Assembly (NCBI GenBank): GCA_013115125.1
Contig: JABANN010000025.1
Span: forward strand, 1 to 64,000
Length of the DNA: 64,000 nt
Source of the DNA: Perkinsus olseni
Taxonomy: Eukaryota
Direction of reading: 5' to 3'
Shown here: one piece after another, positions 25,281 to 38,690 of the stretch
Layout of the letters: each line of letters begins with the position of its first letter
Numbering within the stretch: position 1 is the stretch's first letter
The notes under the pieces: generated by a model
Seen by the model: only the letters and a program-made list of their open reading frames with translations
Databases searched by the model: none
Told to the model about the DNA's origin: nothing
Program-made: the position numbers and the translations under genes

Positions 25281-25308
25281 TCATCCCCTGTTCGACTGCT
25301 GCTGCTGC

Positions 25309-25383
<75 letters not shown>

Positions 25384-28286
25384 CTCTGCACCACCATTTG
25401 CACCATCTGCGTAACCCAGTCGGATGGGGCCACCATGAGGTCCAAGAACGGCGCGCTGGCACGAGGGTTGGGCGACTCCTCGGGTGCAGGGAAAAGCTCT
25501 CTCAGAGGATGGAAACGGAAACTAGGACTCTTCCCAATACGCAGCGGCAGGTCAGGCTTCAAGTATCCCTCTGAAAACAGCAGACACAGCTGGGACTACG
25601 GCAAGAGCAGCGGCAACAGAACGTGGTTACCTTCAAACCATCTTCGCATAGCCTCCCTCGAGAAAGGCCCCTGGACGGTGTCCGACAAGTCTTTATAATA
25701 CCAGCCTCGTTCCGGTGCTGGCGCAAGTTTAGGGCGCTGTGGTGGGGGCGTCGATGGTGGAGTGGCAACCATTGGAGCAGGTGGAGGGACGGGAGGTGCT
25801 GCAGCAGCTACTGGCCGCACTGGGGAGGACCGTCTCGCTTCCCCGCGATCCGAGGAAGCTTCGCTGCTCTTGGCTTCGGGGGACGATTCACGACGACCGC
25901 CGCCATCACCCTTGCTGCTTGGATGTTTGCCTGCAAGTTTGATAATGTCAATCTCATGCTCATGCCCGGCGGCGGCCTACTTTTCTTCTCCGGTTTATCA
26001 CCGTAAGCAGCACGCTCTTCTGGCGGCAGATCCTCAAGATCAACTTCCCCTCTCAAAAGTGCGCTAAACAAGCCTCGACGACGCTCTTCCTCGTTAGAAA
26101 CCTCCTGAGATGATATGTGAAGTTCTCAGAAGCTGTACAACACCCTCGTGCCGTACCGTATTCCCTCCCTCACGACCACCGCTAGTCTCGCTAGTCTCAC
26201 TAGAATCAGGCTGAGGGGACCTGAGGAGAGTAGCATAACCGCTGAACACTCAGCAGAACTCCACTCACTTCCCCGGTGCCCGATAGGCCTTCGAAGCAAC
26301 TGGAGCTGGCGGTCCGTCCAATGCCGTCGCCAGTGCTCGAGGAGAGCTCGGTACGTCCTGAGGCAGATGGCGGTCTGCAGAGTATCACCCAATAACTCTA
26401 TTACATGGAAAGCAGTGGAAGGCTTCCACGTGGCGAAGTACAACTCATCAAACTCGTGGCGACAGATCAGACGACCTGAATGGGGCAAGACGGTGCAGAC
26501 GGGAGGGCAAGGCAGCGGGAGTCACCGTTATAAGAGTAGATGTCGATTTTATTATCAACGCGCATGCGAGGCCAAGTAGTGGCTGTAGAAAAGTGACGTC
26601 CATCAGGAGCCCAAACGCTGATCACCGGGCACTGAGAAGAGTAAGTAAGAATCCTACCGACCGGCAGCATGGACGGGGCCTACTTCTGCTCGGAGGCTTC
26701 CTACAACCTTGTACTCTGCCATATCCCAGAAGTCCATCTCGCCCGCCATGTTGCCGAAGCCGCCCACTACGGCGTACCGTCCGTAGCGATTCCAGCACAC
26801 CTGTCGTGTAACTCTTCACAGACGACGTGCCCGTCTCCCCATTACGGTGTTTCGTTTCGCCTTTCCCATGCTATGTACGGGCTTGAGAGTCCGCAGACTA
26901 GCCGAGCCGTCCTCCGGTCCCGAAGAGTCCGAGTCGGCCTGCTTGATGCTGCTGGTGCTGAGAAGGGCGGTTTCGGGAGGAATCCGGCCCGATATGAGGA
27001 TGAACTGCTCCTCGGGATCCTCGCCCTTGCCTGACCGTGGACGAGACTTGAAGCTCGAGTGAGGAGAGTGATACTATTACCCATTCTGTCCCCCCTGGCG
27101 TTTCCCGGACACCAACCGAGGTCGTGTATTGGGGAGTTGCATGCAACCCTCGAGACGACATTGGACACCATGTCGAAGAGGTAGAGCATGTTGGTGCCGT
27201 AGTACCTGAAAATGCGCGGTTCTCCTTTCACAATCAGAGAGTAGCATTCTCGGCTCACGTGCTCTTCCCGGATTCATCAACGTCCAAACTAAGCAGCCCC
27301 AAGAGCTTGGTCCCGGAGGCGTTCCAATAGAGGGTGACATCGTCGCCCTCGGGGAAGCTGTACGACAAAACGAAGTTTTTGGGATCGCTCAACCTTGCGA
27401 TGTGGACCTGGGGGAGAGGACGACAAGTATATCAGCCGCCGTCCCCAGCTGAGTCCTCGTACCGCAGGCTTCCTCTCGGATCCTCTCGAGACTACACAAG
27501 CTACCTTGGGCTCGCTCTCTACCTCTGAAATACATCAACGCAATCCCCCTTGGCAAACGAAGGGGGCGGTGGCCTACCTGGTCCCGAGGGCGACAACTCG
27601 ATCTGCTGGATGCCCGGGATGGTCTGCTCGTTGGTCGACGCCTTTCTCGAGTTCAGAACTTGCAGCTGACACAACACCAGCACATGGCTCGCTAGGCCCC
27701 CTCCCTCAGCCGTACGATATCGGCATCAGGTAGTATCCGAACGCAGTAAGCCTCGTCATCAGTCCACTTCATGGCTGGCCAGAGGTGCTTGTTCATCCTC
27801 TTCATGCGGCTCTCCACCGCCTTGCATCGCCCTGCTACACTCCAAAGGGCTAAATTGGGTAATTCACGCTTAGCGTCATACCGTTCAAAGGTGACCTGAA
27901 TTAAAATGGAACTTTCAGAAGAAGAGAGCTTCGCTCCGCTATTACCATATAGTTGGACAACGGAGAAAAGTAAAAATTTTTGAAGCCTTTGGAGTTGGGC
28001 TTTGCCACCATGATGATCTCCTTGTAGTCCTTGGTCGCGTCGTACACGGTGATACCGTTATCGTTGTTCATACAAGCACAAAGCGTGCCTGATAATGACA
28101 AGCGTGGGAGTCGAACCCGGGACCTAATGGATGACAAACCGCCGCATTACCATCTGCGTTCCAGTGGAAGCCTTCCGCGTTGGTGACGTGAGACCCTTCC
28201 AATGTGATGAGCTTCTTCAGCGACTTGCTGACGAAGTCGAAGCGGTATATCTCAACGCCGTTCTTACAAACCGCAGCAATATCCAT
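25281..28286 (-). CDS. eIF2A-like WD40 translation factor with a C-terminal GYF domain and polyQ tail
   Basis: FYFSPLSNYMV, WPAMKWTDDEAYC, YYGTNMLY, PIHDLGWCP, WAPDGRHFSTATTWPRMRVDNKIDIY and KAYRAPG are eIF2A motifs. They are followed by WYYKDLSDTVQGPFSREAMRRWFE|EGYLKPDLPLRIG (GYF) and 29 Gln. Confidence 0.85.
25296..25382 (-). repeat. (CAA)24(CAG)5 microsatellite encoding polyQ
   Basis: Pure (ttg)n and (ctg)n run on the + strand, in frame with the last exon of the eIF2A-GYF gene. Confidence 0.95.
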
Positions 28287-28599
28287 CTTAGAAGTCCGGA
28301 TTCGATAAAAGGAGTCAGAAAATTTACAGGGACTAAAAAGGACTTACTTCAACAAAAAAATAGAATATGCCCCGCCCCGGGATCGAACCGGAGATCTCTC
28401 CAAGTTGGCTATCCGCTACTCAACAACAGCCAATCCCAGCGATACTGAATACTCTCATGAAGGCATGCTGGCTGCATCAATGGACTCCGCTGTGGGTCGC
28501 GCTGGGCCCTACAGAGAAAGGCTTGCCGAGAGTTCCTCGAACTACTTCTCACTTGTTCCTTGACAGCTTCTAGGGATGGCTGCCACTTCTCTCCAACCC

Positions 28600-31041
28600 T
28601 GTCCGTCTGAACGCACCACGTCGGGCACGCATCACCGAAGGAGTCGGGGTGAGCCTACTACCTGGCCAGAACCACCCGGAAGGCTCCTCCTTCTGAGCTC
28701 AGGCCGCCGTTCTGTCTTCCTCTGAAGACACCAACCGGCACCACGGCAGGGGTACTGCGGCATACCTGTTCAGTCGCACCGGCGATCGTCCATCTCCGAC
28801 CTTGGCTGCGGTCGGGGCAGCCAGGCCTGTGAACCGTGCAGAACTCGCTGTCTCCTTCCTGACAAGGAGTGTCTGAGAATATAGCAAGGAGGAGGGGCTG
28901 TTACCCTCGGAAAGGGACAGTAACCCTGGCGTCTGAGGACCCAAAAGGCGCAACCATCAGGATCCTTCTTACCAGCTCCACTACGACAGAGTGAGGAGCT
29001 CAGATACTCGGGGCGGATCAGCCTTACCGGTGGATCGAACAAAATCTCGATCTAGACTCTCTAGGGAAGCTACATCGAATACCATAAATTTGGTTAATGA
29101 AATGACACGGCTTCTCTGCCTTCTTCTCCGACACGGCGCCTAGCTCTGAAGAAACCCAATGACAAAAGACAACCACGAGGGTCGTCCACTACCCCTCTTT
29201 GCGCCAGACTCGTCCACTTCCTCTACACCTTCCTCGGGCCCTTCGCCATCCTCCTCTAGGAAAGCGATACGGTTAACCTTCTACATGGGGCGCTACAGTG
29301 CGGTCCCGAAGCGAGGCGCGGCCCGACATGCTGGGCCTTCCGAGCGTCCTCCGCCTCCAACTCCCGAATCTTCCGCACGAACTCGGACTCGGGCTTATGT
29401 CGAAAGAGATCTTCTCGGAGCTCCGCGCTGCTGCAATTCTAGAAAGACAAAAATTTCCTCGGCGGAGCGAAGCTGATACCCTCAAGCAAGGCCTCGGCGG
29501 CCTCCAATCTCCCAGATTGCCTGCTGGCCGAGGAGCTCTGACGGATGCTCTGCTGAGCATCTAACGTGAAGGACAATGCCAAGATGGATGCTCCCTAGAA
29601 CCACTACACTTTCCAACTTCTGGTCGGCCCAGGTTACTAGGCGGTCACGGTCTACAGGCAGCTCCATCGAAGGAAACCTTTCCTCCCCGAGCTCTCGTGA
29701 TAAGAATCTAGTGGATCACCCTTGCCTCACACAGAATAGGTCGAATAACTACTTAGCTACAGCGCAAACAGCATACTGAGGCAGTTGGACAAAGGCATCT
29801 TTGCCCCTGTCGGACGCCAGAGTAACATCAGGGAACACCACCTCGTCTTCTTCGAAAGTATGCCACTGGTCAGGTCCTTGGCAAAGGCCACTCTAGAAAG
29901 GGAGTTCAACCTACGCCCACGGTGCGACTACACGACCTGATCCATAGCACTCAGGATCTCTCGGGCAGCGTGCAGACCAGCGCCACCAACACCCATAATA
30001 GCTCGAAGATTCGCTGACAGGATGTCCTGTGGTTAGTCGTACCAGTAGCTGCAGTACAGTAGGAGTAGGTCTGCAGGACCAGGACGCTGAGATGAGGACT
30101 GTTCTTGAGTATCGTCATGACCCCTCCGTGAGATAGCTTCCCTTCTACTACTGGATCCATGAACACATGCTGTGTGCCTGTGTGCAAGTTTGCATACCAC
30201 TCCAAACCGAACTCTCACTCACCCAGCAACTTAGACCGCATAGCAGCTATATGAAAGAATATCTCGAGAGGGACTCTAGGGCCTCAAGCAACGACCGCGA
30301 CGCATACCTCACAGGCCAACCCCCAGGCCACCACCATCAACGACTCCGGCTTGATCTTGCACTCCTCGATCGCTCGAATGAAGACCTCCGCCTGCTGTCT
30401 GTAGGTGACCTCTAAGATGCCTAGCTACAACGCAGTCGGGGCTTCAGGCCCTCTACCTTGGAGAGATATAGGGTCCGCTTCCCTGGTGGAGGCCCAGTCA
30501 ATCTCAACGCCAAGAGCATTGACTCCAGCTAGGTCATGCAGGGCGGAGGCAACCTTCCACCATCCCACCTACCCCAGGCATACCATCACCCTCCCATCAT
30601 CTACCTACCCAATTCCGTTGTGAATCCTTCTCTGGCTGCGTGGGGCCCATGACGAAGATAACCTGTGAGAAAAGTCCGTAAACAGGACTCTCTGACGGAC
30701 TTACCGTTGGCCTTGGCTTGCTCTCTTCCTCATCCAGCAGCCGTAGCATCACATTAGCCCGAACGCCATCCTTGATCTCAACCTCTACAGTGTCACTCCA
30801 GCAACGGTTGAATTGCCTAAGGCTAGATAGTCCCGAAGCAGGTGGTGATGGTGGCCTACCTGAGCTCTCTGGTGGTGAGCTGGGCCTTACCGTAGGTCCT
30901 CACCAAGTTCCCAGCGACATCCCGACACTCTCGTCGTTCGCTGACCAGCATACCACTGCTAGCCTCTACCTCATACTGGGTGGACGGGCGTCGTGAGAGG
31001 AAGGACGTAGAGCTGGCCATAACGGAGGCAAACTGAGCATC
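28600..31041 (-). CDS. Hypothetical multi-exon protein, possibly a degenerate alpha/beta-hydrolase-like fold
   Basis: Exons read MLSLPPLWPAL.., SKPRPT|VIFVMGPT, WKVASALHDLAGVNALGVEID, TYRQQAEVFIRAIEECKIKPESLMVVAWGLACE and QHVFMDPVVE. The pattern recalls ABH topology but has no GxSxG. The 3' end is approximate. Confidence 0.4.
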
Positions 31042-31125
31042 TTAAAACCGCCATTGGAAACACTCGAAGAATAAACAGCAATTTTCTGTGTAATGTAACA
31101 GGCCGAAAAGCACCACTGGTGGTAA

Positions 31126-32011
31126 TCACTTCTTTGCAGCTGCCTTCTTAGCAGCAGCCTCTCTCTTCTTTTTCTCAAGGATAGCCGCCTTCTCTGCCGC
31201 CTTGGCCTTCTCGATCTCCTCTATCTCAATCAGGTCTTGCTTGTCCTGTATCAGAGAGAATGTGGTGAGATCTATCGGCCCAATTGTAGCCTACCTCAGC
31301 TTCAAGGTCCCTACCGTCTTTGATGTACTCTTCTACGTATCCCACTACTGGATACCTAGAAGCAGGTAGGATAGTGAAGAGGCAAGTACTAGCTCTTACT
31401 TATCATGGAAGTGCTTGACCCAAGAGAGCAAGGCTTTTCTATACTGGACATTCTCCTTCTGAACTGCATCCCAATCCGTCCGATTGGCATCCTCGGCCTT
31501 CAATGAAAGCAGGCACATGGACACAGTGCAGTCCTGATAGAAAAACTGCAAAATTTCAAACAAGAGCCAGCGCAGCCCACCTTGCCCGCCCATATCTTAG
31601 CGTAATGCTCGCCCGGCACGCCGAGCATAGGGCTCTTAGTGACATCATAGACCTTTCCCTTAAGGCCCATGTACATCTTCTTATCGGCGTTATTACGACC
31701 ATCAAACCGCTGCAAAGCTGCGATGGAGTACACCAAGCGGCCCTTGTCATCCTTGTAGGGCTCGGGTATCGGAGCTGGACCTCGCTCCCGAGTCAGGTAC
31801 CTGCACACGGCAGGTCAACCTACATCTAGCTAGGGCCTTAAATCAAGCCAACGACCAGCGAGACGAGGAAGGAGCGTCGCTGGAGAATTCTCAAAGAGCA
31901 AAGAGAAGCGATGGAGTACCATCCTTGCCAGGTCTATTACCACATGAATCCAGCTCCCAGTATGCAGATAAGTGCAATCCAGAAGGGAAGGTAAGTGCTG
32001 TCGTAGAGCAT
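31126..32011 (-). CDS. Cytochrome b5-like heme/steroid-binding protein (MAPR/Dap1 family)
   Basis: N-terminal TM segment (LPFWIALICILGAGFMW), then YSIAALQRFDGRNNADKKMYMGLKGKVYDVTKS...YAKIWAGK|DCT...LLSWVKHFHDK|YPVVGY. Confidence 0.88.
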
Positions 32012-32373
32012 GCTAGTAGAAACTAATAGGAACACTGACAACAACCTGCTTAAATCTCGGATGAAGTTCAAGAAGGCCGCGGTCAATATCTTGCTAACCT
32101 TGTAGATCTTGCCTTTCCTCAACGCTATGTGGCCAGCTGCTGCTGGGCCGCGTGTGGCCCCCTTCTTCGGCTTCAGTATTTGAGTGATCTCGGCTGTCAT
32201 CAGGCTATTATGAACCCATCACGGAGGAGCGCATAAATGGGCATTGCGGTACAAAGTTTGATATCTCTGCCCGGACCCCTGTATCACCTCACTTGCCCAA
32301 GCGAGATCGCTCTGCGTATCTTACGCCTCTCGTCAGCTTTCGATCTTGGGAGGTTAACCTCCTCTGTCCAACT

Positions 32374-35300
32374 ATGTCCGGAGGCCATCTATCCAAGGAT
32401 TTTTTCGAGCTCATAAAAGCTATAGGGGAGAGCAAGTAGTATACTGGTGGTATCTTGGCTGGGAGAGATGGTATCTTAGGTCGAAGCAAGAAGAAGACAA
32501 AATAATCCAGGGAGAGGTGCAAGTATTGAAGCGGAAGCTTTCCGAGCCTAATATTCCTTCGAAGAAAATGAAAGAGTAATATCGGGGGAGTCTTTTTTTC
32601 TGTCCAACGCAAGCATGGTAGGTATATGATTCGGGCTGTGTACGTAGAAATGCTGGGCCATGACGCTTCCTTTGCGCATATCCATGCGGTCAAGCTGGCA
32701 CAAGACAAGGTAGAAAGATACGCCGTAGATATCTTTGAGGTAGTAGTACGTTCAGAACGTATACTGTAAGAAGGTGGGCTACATGGCATGTTCTCTCTTC
32801 CTTAACGGTGACGATGAGCTCATGCTGTTGCTGATTAATACCATGCAGAGGGATCTTGGCAGTAGGTTGACCTCCGACCACATCTTTTGCGTATCATTCC
32901 TTTCCACAAGGTTCGAACTTCCTTGAGACCTGTGCCGCGCTGTCAGCCATCACTCAGCTGGTTAACTCTGAGATGATCCCTGCCATCCTGCCCTTGGTCA
33001 CCAAGCTCTTGACCCATCCTCAGGATGCAGTACGGAAGAAGGCCATCATTTGTAGGAGCCTTCCAGCGAGGCTCTACCTGACTCATCCTCCTCTTCAGGT
33101 ATTCAGCACTTCTTCAGGCTGTCACCGGACTCAGTGGCGGATGACGTACAGCAGGATGTGCGCAGGGCACTGTGCGACCCCGACCCGGCCGTCATGGGAG
33201 CTAGCTTGAATCTGCTAAGGGACATCATACGGAGCGATTCTGAATCTTGCAAGGATCTAGTAAGATACCCGCTGCTCAATCGTGGTGCTGCGGGTATGCA
33301 GTGTACGCAGGTTCCATCCCTGGTTAACATATTGAAGCAGATCATAGAGCATAGACTGCCGAGGGAGTTCGACTATCACCGCATGCCGGCACCCTGGCTG
33401 CAGGTCAATCTGGTTAACCTACTTGGAATGCTGGGAGAGGGAGATCAAGGTCGGTGCTGTTCATGCTGGGATGGTGGTGGCTGCTGCTGATGATGGGTCG
33501 AAAACGCTGCTGTTTGAGTAAAGATAGCTTCCCCAAAATCCGGATAAGATCCGTTCTCAAAGGGGCGACGCCCCAGTCTGTGGTTTTGACCGCTCTGGGT
33601 TGGGCAGCGTCTTCCTGTCCCGTACGAAGAGTTTTGACCAGCTGCCTCGATCGGTTAGGAATATAGTGGTTGTAGCTTGGTGTAGTGGTTAGTACCGGCG
33701 TTTGGACAGCTACCCACGCGGGTTCGATCCTTGGGCAGTGTATAAATATTATTCTCAGATGCTAGCGCCCAGGTCTATGACATCATCCAGGAGACTATGC
33801 GTCGCGCCGATACTGGTGTTAATGCTGGTTACAGTGTCGTCTATGAATGCGTTAAGTGCGCAGCCAAGCTGTACCCCAGCCATACGTTGCTCGAACAGAG
33901 TGCTGCTTCCATATCAAAGTTCATACAGAGTGACAGCCATAACCTCAAGTACCTTGGAGTCACCGGATTGGCGATGATCGTAATACTTGAGTTCATCTAG
34001 CGGAAGATGGTTGTGGACTTGGTCGTCCCCTTGACTTGTTGTTTTCAGATCACAGTGAATCCGGAGTACGCCAGAGAGCATCAACTGAAGGTTGTGGAAT
34101 GCCTGGAGGATCCCGATGAGACGCTTAAACGACGTAAGGATGCTACTTGTTTGGGCTCGTACTTGACAGCGGTAGCGTTGACTGAGAATTAGTACAGTAA
34201 AATCACCATACTACTGTTATAGCGCTAGTAGTTTGCCTATGACGACCTCGCATTTTCAGGTACACTGGACCTCCTCTACCGTATGACTAATCCGGCTAAT
34301 GTCATTGTGGTGTGTGCCAAGATGCTGCAGAACCTCAGATCGTCTCACGATGTCCATCTACGCAGAGATCTGGTAAGGCGCTGGGGCTGTTGTTGAAGCC
34401 TCGGAGAGGCCACTGGGTAGCTCACCGACCTTTTCGCTCGACTCAGTACACCATACGCTCTTACGGGGCATCAGTCCATAGCACTACCAGTGAAAAAGAT
34501 CAACGTCCACCATCCTTTCGTTATCTCTACTACTCGCACTTCATCAGGTCCGTAAAGTGGGTTCATTAGCGGATCGATATTCCCCTTCCAACCAGTGGTA
34601 CGCCGAGACTATGAACCAAGTCTTCAGTCTTGCCCCTACCTTGGTGCCCTCCTCCATGCCCAACTCTCTCATGCGTTTGGTGGCTGAGAGTGGCGAAGAG
34701 GACCCGGAGTTCCGAGTGTAAGCTGCGCTTGTTGTAGTGATGATGGAAGCCTCCTGGCAGGTGGGCTGTTAATACCTACGTCATGATGCTGGCTGATAGT
34801 GGTGACAGTCTACCTGACGTCCTCGTTCGGGTTGTGGCTTGGGTAGGGCATGGCGGTCAATACGGCTGTTGTTGTAGGAATGCTGCCTCGCAGGTCTTGG
34901 GAGAGTACGGCTGCATGTGCACCCTCAGTGGCTACACGACCGATGACATCATCGATCTATTGGCCCAGGAAGTGGATAGACCCGCTTTCACTGAGGTCCT
35001 TTGGGTGTTTCGATCTTCCTTGCTGGAGGCCTCGCGGTCGCTCCCCTTTCATGTCCTCCCAATGACAGGCCCGAGTTACTCGTGGGTATCTCTTCTCCTC
35101 CATGATGAAGCTGCTCAGCCAAGAGCAACAGCAGACTGCCAATACGCCTTCGCTCGAGACGGTACTCGGCCATCTCTTTGCATAGCCCTTCTCACCGCTC
35201 CCTTGGCAGGTTCGTCGAGTACTGCGGAAGTACAGCACGGATCCGGATATGTACCAAAGGGCCCTCGAGTACTGTCTTGGCACCCTTTACTAGTAGCAGA

Positions 35301-37318
35301 GTGATGCCTCGGGTTAGGTACCTGAAAATCTTGGATGGGTCGGATCCGGATCTTCTACCGGCTGCCTTCCCGTATGATGAGACCAACTATGAGCGGTCGG
35401 ACTCCCTTATTGACGTGTCGTTGTCCTTCCTGGATGCCATGGTCGATCAAGCGATAGCGGAAGGGAAGAAAGAGTAGGTCAATTGATAGCCTCTTAGAGG
35501 GGGAAGGCCATGGAAGCTCGAGGTGGTATGGCATACAGTAGCTCTCTCGTTGTAGATACGGTCGCCCTAATGTTGTTGACTACGCGGCCCAGTCATCCTC
35601 GTCGTTTGAGGATCGCCATCGGGCTCTCTCTGGCCTCAACTTCACGCCCTACAGTGCCCCTACGAAGCCCTCCCAAGCTACAGTGTCCCAGCCCAGTACT
35701 ACAGCAGCTGCGGCAACAACGCCAGCGGAGCAGCCGTACCCCGAGCCGTGGCGGGCTACCACAGTGAGTGCGGGACGGGAGACCGACGATGTTCTGATGG
35801 GACGTTATTGTTCAGGCTTCACCGGCACCGAGCCCTCACCAAGCTGGTTCCACCCCTGGCCAGCCTTCGGCCCCAGCGGGTGGGCTCCGAGTAAATGCTC
35901 CCAAGAAATGGGGCCCGAGTGGCTTCAATGCTCGGAAACCCTCCGTTACCTCGGAGGTCTCGGCTGCTGCACCAGCGGCCTCGCCAGCCACGTCTCAACA
36001 GCAGCCACATGCGGCACCAGCGAGCTGTAGGGCAATCTCTTCCTATCACTGTTTCGAAGTTTCCTGCCTGTTATCAGCCCCCGAAACCTCGAGGACACAG
36101 CCATCAGTGGCCCAAACCTATTCCAATCCGGATGATCTCCGCCGTAGGGCTGCCCAAGAGAAGATGGCCGGTGCGCTGTTCGCTGGTATTGGAAGTAACA
36201 GCAGTACGGCGGCGCCACCACCTCGGCAAGCGTTTACTGCCGGCCCGAGATCGATGTAAGGCGGCTGATGAGAGATTCGGACAATGATCCACTAGTCTTG
36301 ATCTCAGGGTGGGAAAGCCTGGCTATACCAGACCGAAGGCTGGATCGGTCGCTAGTGTGCAGTCTGCAGCGCCCAAGCCACAGCCTGCCGAGGCCGTAGA
36401 CTTGCTGGACCTCTTTGGGACTCCTACATCGGAGGAGTCACAGCAGCAACAGCAGGCTACCACCGAGGGTAGCCCAGCATCCACAAGCGTTGGTCCCTTC
36501 GGCGTCACCATGCGGTTTGTCGGGGTCAATCTGTCGATGACTGCACATAGCCTGCGTGACGTGCTAATTCCTTTTCAGCTGCTGCAACAGTACCTGTCCC
36601 TACCACCTCGTCCTTGGATATCTTGTCCTCTAGCGAAGATGACATGATTGGTGGATTCACCACCTCGCCTCCCGTCTCCACTGCACCCCCAGCGGCGGCG
36701 GCGCATCCTACTTCGCAGGAGCCATCGCATGCCGCGGAGGGGCGAAGCAGTAGCGTCGGCGAGGTAGCGGATGGCTGACCTTTCTCCTCATTCGAAAACT
36801 CTCGTCGCTCAGCTTGATCTATTCGCGCCATCCCCCGCGTCCAATCGCGGGCCTTCACTGACTGGAGCTGAGCCACAGCAGCAACAGGAGGAAGAGGACG
36901 TGAAGTTGACTCCTCTGGCCATCACCACGGAACAGCTTGGTGGGGAGTGGCAGAAGCTCCAAGATGCCTGCGAGATACAGCTGTCCTTCTCTCATGTGAG
37001 GCGTGCTTCGCGCCCGCTGTGATGGAAGGGATTTGAAATCGTTCCTTAGGTTCCCGACGTGCCCAGCAAGTTGACCGACAACGTCGGCTTCCATCTGGTG
37101 GAGGTCATCGGAGACGAGCGGATCTTCGCCGCCACCACCCCCTCCGGGCAGATGGTCTTTGCTCACTGTAATGGCAAGCCCTGGCTCCTCTGTGGCCTTT
37201 TAATGGCGTATCTTCAGGTCGGGAAACTGCCTTGCAAGCGGACCTCATCCTAGTGGCCTCCTCATCAGAAGCAGGTTCCCTAGCCCAGGAGCTCATTGAG
37301 AGGGCTACTGGGGCATAG
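32374..37318 (+). CDS. AP4E1: AP-4 complex subunit epsilon
   Basis: [105 protein letters not shown] and [28 protein letters not shown], followed by a disordered hinge and a C-terminal ear. Confidence 0.93.
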
Positions 37319-37405
37319 TTGTTTCCACTGTGTTTTACCACCCAGTAAAGTTTCCTTCAGTGACTAATAGCAGCCGAGCTGAGGATACCAGTCCGCAGGG
37401 GATCC

Positions 37406-38547
37406 ATGTCCTCCTCTCGCTCAGGCTTGCTATTTCTTCCTGCGACCATCGTATCGCACGATTGCTATGTTGCGATTTGTGAATGACCAATCATCACCGT
37501 CATCCAGCCGTCCCTCCCCTGCCCCCTTCGATATTCTTTCTCCGAAGTCCACTGAATTAGTATTTACCACAACAGTTGGGGTGAGCGCCGGCACTCAGAC
37601 TGGTGACAGCGCTGACCTTGAAGACGGCAGCAAGCGGCCCGCTGCTAGTACTACAGTGCTGGGTCCGGATATAAGATGCGACGCTGGTATCCGGAAGCTT
37701 GCCTCGTCGCTCACGAAGCTGCCGCTAGGGGAGAATGGTCGTATGCGGGTGAGGCGGATGATCGGCCAGGTAGGCCTTGGGAGTAGTGGGAGGTGTGGTA
37801 TCAGTCGTGGTGTCTCAGGAAATACGGAAACACCCGGAGTTGAGGCCGGTGGTTCGGTCCATAGGGAAATTAAAGAGCGCGAGCAACGCGGCGCTTGTCG
37901 AGATGTGTATTGTTACCAATACTTTGGACGAGGCTCGGAAGATCTCTCGGGCATACCTAGCGAAGAAAGCTGGGAAGCCGACGAAGCGGGCATCTCCTAC
38001 TGCTGCTTTGGCTTCTCCTTACAGTAGAACATCCGAGATCGAAAGCTGCGGCCTTACTCTGATTGAACGCTTGTTTGCTGATACACTTTCCCACGGGGTC
38101 TGCAAGGACGTCCAGAGTTCCTCCCTCTCTACTGAGAGCACGAAGGCCTCCACTACTGCGGCCACCAGCACTGACTCCTGCTCTAGTAGTCCTTGCACGG
38201 CCTTCAGTAGCGACCCTGAGGATACGATAGTGTTGCCTGAAGACTTTCTTTATGGTGTTGATAAAAGTTCCTTGTCAAGTCAGCCATCGTCATCATCACC
38301 AGCCGGAGCACCACCGTCGTCGTCGTCGTACATCCCGTTGGTGAGTGTAGATAATTTCGACATTTCTTCGTCTCCCGATCGTCTTTTACTAAGCAGTGGT
38401 ATCAGCAGCAACGAGATTGCTGATGGCGGCACAGCTGGCGGTATGCGTCTCCAACAGCAGCCCGTTGACGAGAGCGTTGAGCTCGGTGGAGGTGCTGCTG
38501 CTGCGGCTGCGGCTGCGGCTGCGGCTGCTGGCTTGATGAAAGTATAA
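37406..38547 (+). CDS. Hypothetical protein with a Ser-rich low-complexity C-terminus
   Basis: A 256-codon open frame at 37777-38547 plus upstream exon-like segments. No family recognised. Confidence 0.45.
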
Positions 38548-38690
38548 AGTTATTTGCCTATAAAATGCAGTATAAAGTATAGTCACTGTGTTCCTCCCAG
38601 ACCCCTCTCTGTTGTGCTGTTATTGGACAGGAGTGATAGTTAAACCGTACGGTATGGTAGCATAGCCGTCTTGCAGTTTGTATACCTCCA

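Noticed and set aside
25940-25982. PPPGM motif as an intramolecular ligand for the eIF2A GYF domain
   Set aside because: It most likely lies in a 50-nt GT-AG intron needed to reach the GYF frame. A GC-donor alternative would keep only PPPG and is unverified.
28354-28450. Functional tRNA gene upstream of eIF2A
   Set aside because: Only a T-arm and 3' end are present, with no matching 5' acceptor strand, D-arm or anticodon stem.
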